NCBI GenBank assembly: GCA_038253645.1
Contig: JBBSGY010000001.1
Coordinates: 1-29,217 of the forward strand
DNA from: Acidimicrobiales bacterium
GTDB lineage: Bacteria > Actinomycetota > Acidimicrobiia > Acidimicrobiales > JBBSGY01
DNA: 29,217 nucleotides
Direction of reading: 5' to 3'
The notes beneath the pieces were generated by a model. The model worked only from the letters and a program-made list of their open reading frames with translations. It did not search any database and was not told where the DNA came from. Position numbers and translations under genes: made by a program. Positions 1 through 7,144 of the stretch are shown one piece after another. Position 1 is the first letter of the stretch. Each line of letters starts with the position of its first letter.

Positions 1-1386
1 GATCCATTTGCCGAAGCGACCGTCACGGATGTGCGAAGGGATCCAATCAATTTCCTGGTTGAGCTCGACCATGCGATCGCGAAACTTGGTGACAGCAACG
101 AACCATGACGACACGGCCTTGTAGATAAGTGGAGTGTCGGTGCGCCAACAGTGTGGGTAGCTGTGCTTGTACTGCTCGCGCTTTACCAGTTGCCCCTTTG
201 CCTTGAGCGCATCGACGATCTTGGGGTTTGCATCGAACACTTGCAGGCCTGCGAAATCGGGAACTTCGGTTGTGAACTGGCCTTGCTGGTCGACGGGGAT
301 GACCATCTCGATGCCGGCGGCTTCGCACGCGCGCTGATCGTCTTCTCCAAACGCAGGCGCCATGTGCACGGCCCCGGTTCCATCTTCAACTGTGACGAAG
401 TCGGCTGCGATGACTTGAAATGCGTTTGGGTGATCAGCGAAGTAGTCGAACAACGGCGTGTATTTGTGACCGACCAACTCAGCACCCGAGATGGCGCCGA
501 CCTTTGTCGCGTTTTCGAGTTGTTTCCCGTAGTTCGCGACGGTCGCCGCGCCGATTACGTAGCGTGCGTCGCCGTCTTCATAGATCTCGTAGTCGATGTC
601 CGGACCGACGGCGATTGCGAGATTTGAGGGAAGCGTCCATGGCGTTGTCGTCCAAACGAGCAAGCGCAAGCCGTTGTCGAGTTGAAACCACACCGTGACG
701 GCGGGGTAGGTGCGTTCGCGGTACGCGTCATCGAGACGCGTCTCAAAGTTCGAAAGCGGCGTTTCACACTCCCAGCAGTACGGAAGCACACGGTGGCCTT
801 CGTACATCCACCCCTTTTCATACAGCTGCTTGAACGCCCACATGACCGACTCCATGTAGGGGAGGTCCATCGTCTTGTAGTCGTTGTCGAAGTCGACCCA
901 TCGGGCGGCGCGCGTAACGGTTGTCCGCCACTCGTTGGTGTAGCGCATGACCGACTCGCGGCAATAGTCGTTGAAGCGGTCGATGCCGTAGTCGACGATC
1001 GATGCCTTGCCGCTGAAGCCGAGTTGGCGTTCTGCTTCCATTTCGACGGGCAAACCGTGCGTGTCCCATCCGAAGCGTCGTTCGACCTTTTTGCCGCGCA
1101 TCGTTTGGTAGCGCGGAACGGTGTCTTTGACGAAGCTGGTTAGAAGGTGGCCGTAATGCGGAAGACCGTTGGCGAACGGGGGACCGTCATAGAACACGTA
1201 GTCCGGAGCGCCTTCCCGCTGGTCGATTGATCGTTGAAACGTGTCTTCCTTGGCCCAGCGTTCGAGAATCGACTCCTCGATCCCGGCAAAATTCGGTTGC
1301 TGCGGGACGTGTGGATATGGCTTACCTTTCGATGAGCCGGTGTCACTCGATGAACTGTTGCCACTCGATGAACTGGTGCCGGACAT
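1..1386 (-). CDS. ileS: Isoleucine--tRNA ligase (type 2), 5' part; runs off the window edge
   Basis: Manual translation from ATG at 1386 is open to base 1. It contains [15 protein letters not shown] (HIGH-type motif), [17 protein letters not shown] (CP1 editing domain) and HSYPHCWR. Absent from the ORF track because there is no stop in the window. Confidence 0.97.
   Translation of the reverse strand, partial: MSGTSSSSGNSSSSDTGSSKGKPYPHVPQQPNFAGIEESILERWAKEDTFQRSIDQREGAPDYVFYDGPPFANGLPHYGHLLTSFVKDTVPRYQTMRGKKVERRFGWDTHGLPVEMEAERQLGFSGKASIVDYGIDRFNDYCRESVMRYTNEWRTTVTRAARWVDFDNDYKTMDLPYMESVMWAFKQLYEKGWMYEGHRVLPYCWECETPLSNFETRLDDAYRERTYPAVTVWFQLDNGLRLLVWTTTPWTLPSNLAIAVGPDIDYEIYEDGDARYVIGAATVANYGKQLENATKVGAISGAELVGHKYTPLFDYFADHPNAFQVIAADFVTVEDGTGAVHMAPAFGEDDQRACEAAGIEMVIPVDQQGQFTTEVPDFAGLQVFDANPKIVDALKAKGQLVKREQYKHSYPHCWRTDTPLIYKAVSSWFVAVTKFRDRMVELNQEIDWIPSHIRDGRFGKWI
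1329..1382. repeat. 3 x 18-bp imperfect tandem repeat in the first codons of ileS
   Basis: tcgatgagccggtgtcac / tcgatgaactgttgccac / tcgatgaactggtgccgg; encodes a Ser/Gly-rich N-terminal extension. Confidence 0.85.
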
Positions 1387-1655
1387 AGCCGGGAAGCCTA
1401 CTTTTCGCCGGCTCGACGAAATTCAGCTTGCGCCCGAGGAAAACAGCGGATAGCCGCGATTTCGGCAAGATTCGGGAGTTCCATGGTTATTTTGTGAGGG
1501 TCTTGCGCTTCGCGGTAGGCGGTCGATCGCAAAATTGTGGGAATTAGCAGCGAGGCGCACCGGTTGACTCAGCCTGGTCGTCTATGGTGACGCACCGTTT
1601 TGACCAGCTAGGTGAGCGCCTGTTCCGACGCCGTTCACGAGGAGGAGGTGCCTGG

Positions 1656-2624
1656 ATGCCGAAGGCAGCAGCCACAAGCAAGAAGGCAGCAGGCCCGAAG
1701 GCAGCAGCCCCGAAGGCAGCGGCCAAGAAAGCAGCGGAGAAGCCTGCAGCGAAAACGAAGGCAAAGGTCACCCAGCCGGTCAAGGCAATACCGGTCAAGG
1801 CAGTAGCGGCGAAAAGTGCGCCGAAAAAGGCAGTGCCTGCCAAGGTTGCGCCGAATGTCGCGCCCAAAGCGGTCGCCAAGGCTCCTGCGAAGAAGGCTGC
1901 GCCCGTCAAGAAGGCTGCGCCCGTCAAGAAGCCCGCGCCCGTCAAGAAGCCCGCGCCCGTCAAGAAGCCCTCGGCGAAACCAGTTATCAAGGCTGCGCCC
2001 AAAGCGGTCGCCAAGACACCATCCAAGGCAGCGGCTCCAAAAGAGCCCGCCAAGCCGGCACAAGGGCCGGTCGCTCCTGCGAAGGCAGAAAAATCCGCGG
2101 CAACCGCAAAATCCACAAAGAACATAAATGAATCGCCGGTAAAGAAAGTCGTCGCCTCGCCGACAACTAATGCGACCACGGCCGCAAAAAAGGCCGCAAC
2201 ACCGGCGCCACTGCCCGCACCCAAAGCGAAACCGATGAGCAAAACAGCAATCGCAAACGACCCATTCCTCTCCAAGCAGAAGGCCGCGCTCGATCAGGAG
2301 CGTGAGCAGGAAATGGCACGCGCTGCTGAGCTTCGTGCGGAGGCAGACCAAATGGCCGCCGACGCCGAGCCGGGTGACACCAAGTTCGACGAGGAGTCCG
2401 GCGAGGGAGGCACGGGCAACGTCGAGCGGGAGCACAACCTCCACTTGGTCTCTCAGGCGATGAGCGTTGTCGATGAAATCGACAGAGCGCTCCACAAAAT
2501 GGGCCGCGGTACGTATGGCCTGTGTGAGAACTGTTCGAAGCCCATCGCGAAGGCCCGCCTGGAGGCTCTACCCTTCGCTGCATTGTGCGTGGAATGCAAA
2601 AGTGGGGGACTCGCCCGCCGGTAA
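1656..2624 (+). CDS. DdbA-like protein: histone-H1-like Ala/Lys/Pro-rich N-terminus fused to a TraR/DksA C4 zinc-finger domain
   Basis: Strong SD (aggaggagg) before ATG 1656. About 200 aa of PAKK-type low complexity, then a coiled coil and GTYGLCENC...ARLEALPFAALCVEC. Its position between ileS and lspA matches Streptomyces ddbA. Confidence 0.88.
   Translation: MPKAAATSKKAAGPKAAAPKAAAKKAAEKPAAKTKAKVTQPVKAIPVKAVAAKSAPKKAVPAKVAPNVAPKAVAKAPAKKAAPVKKAAPVKKPAPVKKPAPVKKPSAKPVIKAAPKAVAKTPSKAAAPKEPAKPAQGPVAPAKAEKSAATAKSTKNINESPVKKVVASPTTNATTAAKKAATPAPLPAPKAKPMSKTAIANDPFLSKQKAALDQEREQEMARAAELRAEADQMAADAEPGDTKFDEESGEGGTGNVEREHNLHLVSQAMSVVDEIDRALHKMGRGTYGLCENCSKPIAKARLEALPFAALCVECKSGGLARR
1890..1970. 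repeat. 4.5 x 18-bp coding tandem repeat (KKAAPV/KKPAPV)
   Basis: aagaaggctgcgcccgtc x2, aagaagcccgcgcccgtc x2, then aagaagccc. Confidence 0.95.
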
Positions 2625-3094
2625 CTGAAAATGCGGCGCTGCGGGCTTGGATCGGCGTCATCCTTACGGCTGGCATAGCCGTTGCAATTGATCAATCGAC
2701 CAAGAGCTGGGCCCGTGGCGCGCTCACAAACGGTCGGATAATAGAGATCGCCGGCTCACTTCAGCTCGCCCTGACTTACAATGACGGTGTCGCGTTCGGG
2801 CTCGGCCAAGGCCTTGCTCCCGTTCTCATAACGCTTGCTGTCGGCGCGCTCATAGTCATGGTGATCAAGAATCGTTTGCGACTCACGACGTTTTCCGTCG
2901 CCGGCGTTGGTCTCGTGCTCGGTGGAGCAGTCGGAAATCTGTGTGATCGGCTGTTTCGTAACACCGGCGGAAAAGTCGTCGATTTCATCGATCCTCCATG
3001 GTGGCCTGTGTTCAACTTGGCCGATGCGTGCATAGTCGTAGGTGCGCTGATTTTGATTTGGTCGGCCGGCAGAAGAGAAGAAAGCATTCAATGA
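2594..3094 (+). CDS. lspA: Lipoprotein signal peptidase II (start uncertain)
   Basis: IDQSTK, NDGVAFG, GGAVGNLCDR, VVDFID and WPVFNLAD motifs. The nearest in-frame ATG is 2594, overlapping the upstream gene. Confidence 0.95.
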   Translation: MQKWGTRPPVTENAALRAWIGVILTAGIAVAIDQSTKSWARGALTNGRIIEIAGSLQLALTYNDGVAFGLGQGLAPVLITLAVGALIVMVIKNRLRLTTFSVAGVGLVLGGAVGNLCDRLFRNTGGKVVDFIDPPWWPVFNLADACIVVGALILIWSAGRREESIQ

Positions 3095-4017
3095 ACGAAA
3101 CCATTCCGTCAGCTGTCAATGGCGAGCGCGTTGATCGCGTTGTCGCGACTCTTACCGGCATGCCGCGTTCGGTTGTGGCCGAGGCGGTCAAGAGGGGCGC
3201 GATCCGTCTTGATGGCAAGCCTGTCAAAGCGCGCAGTCAGGTTGTTCTCGAGGGACAGGTTCTCGAGGTTGACGACACCGAAGAGTCAGAACAACTTCCC
3301 CAAGCACAAGACGGCATCAAGTTTCGCGTTGCCTATGAAGACGAAGACGTGTTGGTCATCGATAAGCCGGAGGGTCTTGTCGTGCATCCGGGAGCCGGTC
3401 ATCTGGATGGCACGCTTGTCAACGGACTACTTGCGCGCTTTGCAGACATCGACGCGAACCGCCCGGGTCAGCCGATGCGCCCTGGAATTGTGCATCGCCT
3501 TGATGCCGGAACCACCGGTTTGTTGGTTGTGTCACGTAACGAAACAGCGCACGAAAAACTCGTCGAGGCACTGAAGGCGCGTGACGTCGAGCGTGAATAT
3601 GTTGCGCTGGTGTGGGGTGATGTTCAGCCCGATAATGGAATGATCGAGGGCGCGATTGGTCGCGGCGAGCGTCAACGTACGAAGATGACTGTTTCCCTGC
3701 GCGGCAAAGAAGCGCGTACGTCTTACGAAGTTCTTGATCGTCGCGAGGAACCGGCTGTCACGCTTGTTCGTGCCAAGCTCGAGACGGGCCGCACGCACCA
3801 GATCCGCGTTCACTTCTCTGCAATCGGCCACGCCCTTGTCGGTGACGCGCGTTACAACGGGTCACGCGAGTCGATAAAGCTGAAGCGACCGTTCTTGCAC
3901 GCGGCATCGCTTGCCTTCGTGCACCCCACGACGGGTAAGCAGCTTGCCTTCGAATCACCGCTGCCGAATGATCTCGTCGAGGTTATTCAGAAGTTGGAAC
4001 TAAAACTGCCGACGTGA
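3091..4017 (+). CDS. rluD: RluA/RluD-family 23S rRNA pseudouridine synthase
   Basis: S4-like N-terminus, DKPEGLVVHPG, catalytic HRLDAGTTG, LETGRTHQIRVH. ATGA overlap with the lspA stop; the lspA-rluD order is canonical. Confidence 0.93.
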   Translation: MNETIPSAVNGERVDRVVATLTGMPRSVVAEAVKRGAIRLDGKPVKARSQVVLEGQVLEVDDTEESEQLPQAQDGIKFRVAYEDEDVLVIDKPEGLVVHPGAGHLDGTLVNGLLARFADIDANRPGQPMRPGIVHRLDAGTTGLLVVSRNETAHEKLVEALKARDVEREYVALVWGDVQPDNGMIEGAIGRGERQRTKMTVSLRGKEARTSYEVLDRREEPAVTLVRAKLETGRTHQIRVHFSAIGHALVGDARYNGSRESIKLKRPFLHAASLAFVHPTTGKQLAFESPLPNDLVEVIQKLELKLPT

Positions 4018-4444
4018 CCGTCTTGAGTCCGCGCGCTCTTACAACCATGTCGGCGAGCGTGAACGAGTCGAGGTAGGTGCGCATGTGCAAACTCATCGCA
4101 GCCCACAAGTCGAGCAACGCGCATTGACCTTCGTGTTCGCATGCGCCTCCTTCGTGCGGTTCGCCGAAGTCACCCGCAACTATCGGCCCGTCAACGGCGC
4201 TGATGATGTCACTCAGCTTGATCGACTCGGGCGTTCGTGCAAGCACGTAACCGCCACCGGCACCTCGTTTGGAGTGAACGAGTTCAGCGGTCTTGAGGGT
4301 AAGAAGAATCTGCTCCAGATATGGCTGGGGGAGTGCTGTGCGCTCGGCTATGTCTCTGACCGACGTCGGCCTGGTGAGCCCGTCATGGAGGGCCAGGGAG
4401 AGTAGCGCACGACTTGCGTAATCACCCCTGGTCGAAACGCGCAT
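3983..4444 (-). CDS. Rrf2-family transcriptional regulator
   Basis: MRVSTRGDYA start, wHTH PQPYLEQIL...SKRGAGGGYVLAR, IISAVDG and two C-terminal Cys. Overlaps the rluD 3' end convergently by 35 bp. Confidence 0.92.
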   Translation of the reverse strand: MRVSTRGDYASRALLSLALHDGLTRPTSVRDIAERTALPQPYLEQILLTLKTAELVHSKRGAGGGYVLARTPESIKLSDIISAVDGPIVAGDFGEPHEGGACEHEGQCALLDLWAAMSLHMRTYLDSFTLADMVVRARGLKTVTSAVLVPTSE

Positions 4445-4487
4445 GAACCCACTGTAAGCCCGACTATGCCGGTAAACTCACTTACCG

Positions 4488-4892
4488 TCAGCCGGCCACG
4501 ACGACTCGAAGTGAGTCGGACGCAGCAACGGTTGCCTGCGTTCCCGCCTGGGTGTCACAGGTCACCGCCGTAGCAGCGTTCGTGCAGGTGTACCAGGTGC
4601 CCCCAACCGAGTCGATTTGAGCTTTTAAGGTCGATCCGGCAACCGGTGTGCTGTCCAGGTTGAACGTCAGGTTGTCGATGTCGGCCGGGTTCGAGCCGTT
4701 GAGGGCGTAGTGAACACTCGAGGCGACGTAGCCGGTAATCATGCCTTCGCCCTCACCGGCCTCAGTAGCCGGAACGGTGTTCGAAGCGGTGGAAGCAAAG
4801 GTAGCGACGCCAAGGACGGTGGCGAGGACGGTTGCGCCGAGCCCGGTCCCCCGGAGGACGTGCATCCAGCTCGAACCGATGAGACTCTGCAA
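4488..4892 (-). CDS. Small secreted beta-rich hypothetical protein (start 4892 TTG or 4865 ATG)
   Basis: SD AGGGAGG 8 nt before TTG 4892. Hydrophobic leader, then ASNTVPATEAGEG...YALN...IDNLTFNLD...WYTCT...VTC...SLRVVVA with one Cys pair. Confidence 0.72.
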   Translation of the reverse strand: MQSLIGSSWMHVLRGTGLGATVLATVLGVATFASTASNTVPATEAGEGEGMITGYVASSVHYALNGSNPADIDNLTFNLDSTPVAGSTLKAQIDSVGGTWYTCTNAATAVTCDTQAGTQATVAASDSLRVVVAG

Positions 4893-5045
4893 CTTTCGTT
4901 CCTCCCTGAGCGAGAAGCCAGGTGTCAGCCACTCAATGGATCTATCGGGCAAAGCCGAAGATTCCTTTACCGGCCTTGGGTTTTCGGGCGAACCCCTCGC
5001 CGACCGCACGGCATTTCGGCGAAGGACCACTAACCTCCTGGGCAT

Positions 5046-6164
5046 ATGAGCCCCCAAGCCCAGCCGGTTCTGCCGGAATACGACGGAGCGTGCACGTCAA
5101 ATGTTGTTCCAGAGCTGATCAAGGCGGCATTAGGGGCCCAGCCGGCAAGCTGGATACCGAGTTCAGTCAACGGTGCCTCACAAATCGTCTTACTCGTTCT
5201 CGACGGCTTGGGCTGGGAGCAGCTGCAAGAGCACGCCCGGGTTTCGCCGACTCTCATTGGTTTCGAAGGCGGAATGATCACCACGGTTGCACCGACCACG
5301 ACCGTTGTCGGTCTCACGTCGATCGTGACCGGCCGGCCGCCATCGGTTCATGGGATGCTGGGCTATCGCATGTCAATAGGTGAAGCTGGCGTCATCAACG
5401 TCTTGCGTTGGGCGGATAGTGATCACAAAGATCTGACTGACTCCGTCAATCCCACCGAATTTCAAATTCAACCGGCATTCGCGGCAAACGAAGTGCCGGC
5501 GATTATTCGTCAGCATGTCAAGGGCAGTGGATTCACCGAGGCACATCTTCACGGTGCCCGGCAAATCGGTTACAGCGTGCCGTCGAGTCTGCCCATCGAG
5601 GTATGGCGCATGGCGCGTGCCGGGGAGCAATTCATCTACGCCTATTACGACGGAATCGATACGGTCGCCCACGCTCACGGCTATGGAGAGCACTACGACG
5701 CCGAGCTCTACACGGTGGACCGCTTGATTCGCGACCTCATGGCCGGCCTACCCAAAGGCACCACCCTTGTCGTGACGTCCGACCATGGACAAGTGACTGT
5801 CGGTAACAAGACGCTCGACATCGATGAAGATATTGCAGAGAAATGCTGGCGCTTTTCCGGTGAAGGACGCTTTCGCTGGCTGCATGCACACGGTGACGAC
5901 GTCGATAGTCTGGCGGACATCTGTCGCGAGCGTTATGGCGATCTCGCTTGGGTAATGACGAAGCAAGAATTGAGTGACGCCGGGTGGTTCGGCGGGCCGC
6001 TCGACGAGCGCGCAATGAGTCGCCTCGGCGATGTCGCACTGATTGCGTCGGATCCAATTGCGTTCCATGATCCAACCAGCGACGGCGAGCGTAACATGGC
6101 CTGCCGGCACGGTTCGTTGACGGCGGCCGAAGTACGTGTTCCGCTACTCGCGCAATCTATCTAG
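5046..6164 (+). CDS. Alkaline-phosphatase superfamily nucleotide pyrophosphatase/phosphodiesterase
   Basis: LLVLDGLG, PTTTVVGLTSIVTG (Thr nucleophile region), DTVAHAHG, TSDHGQ and RHGSL metal-binding motifs. Confidence 0.9.
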   Translation: MSPQAQPVLPEYDGACTSNVVPELIKAALGAQPASWIPSSVNGASQIVLLVLDGLGWEQLQEHARVSPTLIGFEGGMITTVAPTTTVVGLTSIVTGRPPSVHGMLGYRMSIGEAGVINVLRWADSDHKDLTDSVNPTEFQIQPAFAANEVPAIIRQHVKGSGFTEAHLHGARQIGYSVPSSLPIEVWRMARAGEQFIYAYYDGIDTVAHAHGYGEHYDAELYTVDRLIRDLMAGLPKGTTLVVTSDHGQVTVGNKTLDIDEDIAEKCWRFSGEGRFRWLHAHGDDVDSLADICRERYGDLAWVMTKQELSDAGWFGGPLDERAMSRLGDVALIASDPIAFHDPTSDGERNMACRHGSLTAAEVRVPLLAQSI

Positions 6165-6216
6165 CATTGGCCTATCTAGCATTGGCCTATCTAGCATTGG
6201 CCTATCTAGCATTGGC
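6157..6216. repeat. 4 x 15-bp perfect tandem repeat covering the upstream gene's stop codon
   Basis: (ctatctagcattggc)4; the first unit contains the TAG at 6162-6164. Confidence 0.97.
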
Positions 6217-6253
6217 TTTTGAAGGGTTTTTACTTTGAAGGAATGTTGTAAAA

Positions 6254-6760
6254 GTGTCTGAAAATGAGGAAGAAGCGCGTCCCGAACTGATCGTCGTGAG
6301 TGAAAGTGAAGACGAAGCGAAAGAGCCGGACGAAGAACGGCGCAACGCTGTACAAGAGCCGGCAAAGGTGATGCGCATCGGCACGATGATCAAGCAGTTG
6401 CTCGATGAAGTGCGCCAAGCCCCGCTGGACGAAAAGAGCCGCTCACGACTGCGTGAAATCTACGAAACGTCGGTGCACGAACTCGCCGATGGTTTGTCAC
6501 AGGATCTGCGTGAAGAACTCGACCGGCTCGCGTCGCCATTCGACGACGGCGACGTGCCGAGCGAGAGTGAATTGCGCATCGCGCAGGCACAACTTGTCGG
6601 CTGGCTCGAGGGGCTGTTCCACGGGATTCAGGCAACACTTTTTGCACAACAAGCAGCCGCGCGTGCACAGCTCGAAGAAATGCACCGCCGCGGTCTGCCG
6701 CCGGGTGATCCCGACTCCCAAGGCGGTAGCGACTCGGGTCGACCGGGTACATACCTGTAA
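6254..6760 (+). CDS. bpa: Bacterial proteasome activator Bpa/PafE (DUF2587)
   Basis: PAKVMRIGTMIKQLLDEVR, ELRIAQAQLVGWLEGLFHGIQ and the C-terminal HbYX-type tail GTYL. Confidence 0.93.
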   Translation: MSENEEEARPELIVVSESEDEAKEPDEERRNAVQEPAKVMRIGTMIKQLLDEVRQAPLDEKSRSRLREIYETSVHELADGLSQDLREELDRLASPFDDGDVPSESELRIAQAQLVGWLEGLFHGIQATLFAQQAAARAQLEEMHRRGLPPGDPDSQGGSDSGRPGTYL

Positions 6761-6823
6761 TGCCTCGCTACACGACCCTGTAATGCCTCGCTACACGACC
6801 CCTGTAAAGCCTCGTTACACGAC
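6754..6823. repeat. 3 x 23-bp tandem repeat covering the bpa stop codon
   Basis: cctgtaatgcctcgctacacgac x2 (6754, 6777) plus cctgtaaagcctcgttacacgac (6801); the first unit contains TAA 6758-6760. Confidence 0.95.
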
Positions 6824-6944
6824 GAAGTCGGAGATCGAGATCATCTCGAATACAAGTCCACGGTATTCGACCGAGGCGTCCAGTGGTCCACAGTTCTCGA
6901 GTCACCAGCCGTCGGTCGGTGCGAAGTTTGTCAAGCGGACGGTC

Positions 6945-7031
6945 ATGACCTACCTCCTGGTGCCGGCCCTGATCTTCAGCGGGCTGTCTGTTTTGCTCTT
7001 CTTGCTGTTTGTGTATTCGCTCTTCCACTGA
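6945..7031 (+). CDS. Putative 28-aa single-helix membrane peptide
   Basis: MTYLLVPALIFSGLSVLLFLLFVYSLFH; entirely hydrophobic, third positions mostly G/C. No clear RBS. Confidence 0.4.
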   Translation: MTYLLVPALIFSGLSVLLFLLFVYSLFH

Positions 7032-7144
7032 GACCGCTGCTGCCGGCGCGAACTACACTGCTGTCATTCCTGGGAGGATCAGGACGCCAGTTGATCGCGA
7101 GACTGGGGCAAGCAGTAGGGCAGGGGAAGGGGTCACCGGCAGGT

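Noticed and set aside
151-1143. Plus-strand ORFs of 158 and 153 aa, and similar antisense ORFs throughout
   Set aside because: They are antisense shadows of ileS and other well-supported genes, as expected in GC-rich DNA.
1564-1588. Sigma-A promoter TTGACT...TATGGT for the ddbA-like gene
   Set aside because: The spacer is only 13 bp; the -10 is plausible but the pair is not.
1387-1655. T-box riboswitch upstream of ileS
   Set aside because: No GGTGGTACCGCG-type T-box on the minus strand (only a partial cctaccgcg), and a -10 box sits 8 nt from the ATG.
4893-5045. c-di-GMP-I or c-di-AMP riboswitch (ggcaaagcc seen on the plus strand)
   Set aside because: No GAAA tetraloop/receptor or second GCAAA element, and no ydaO consensus. 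Kept only as a generic structured leader.
6157-6823. CRISPR array
   Set aside because: The repeats are head-to-tail with no spacers, and no cas genes are present.
6405-7031. 208-aa ORF overlapping bpa, and the minus-strand 86-aa ORF with an RPLDKLR motif
   Set aside because: These are shadow frames of bpa plus the tandem repeat. The motif only loosely resembles PFDKLR-type REP translations and has no palindrome.
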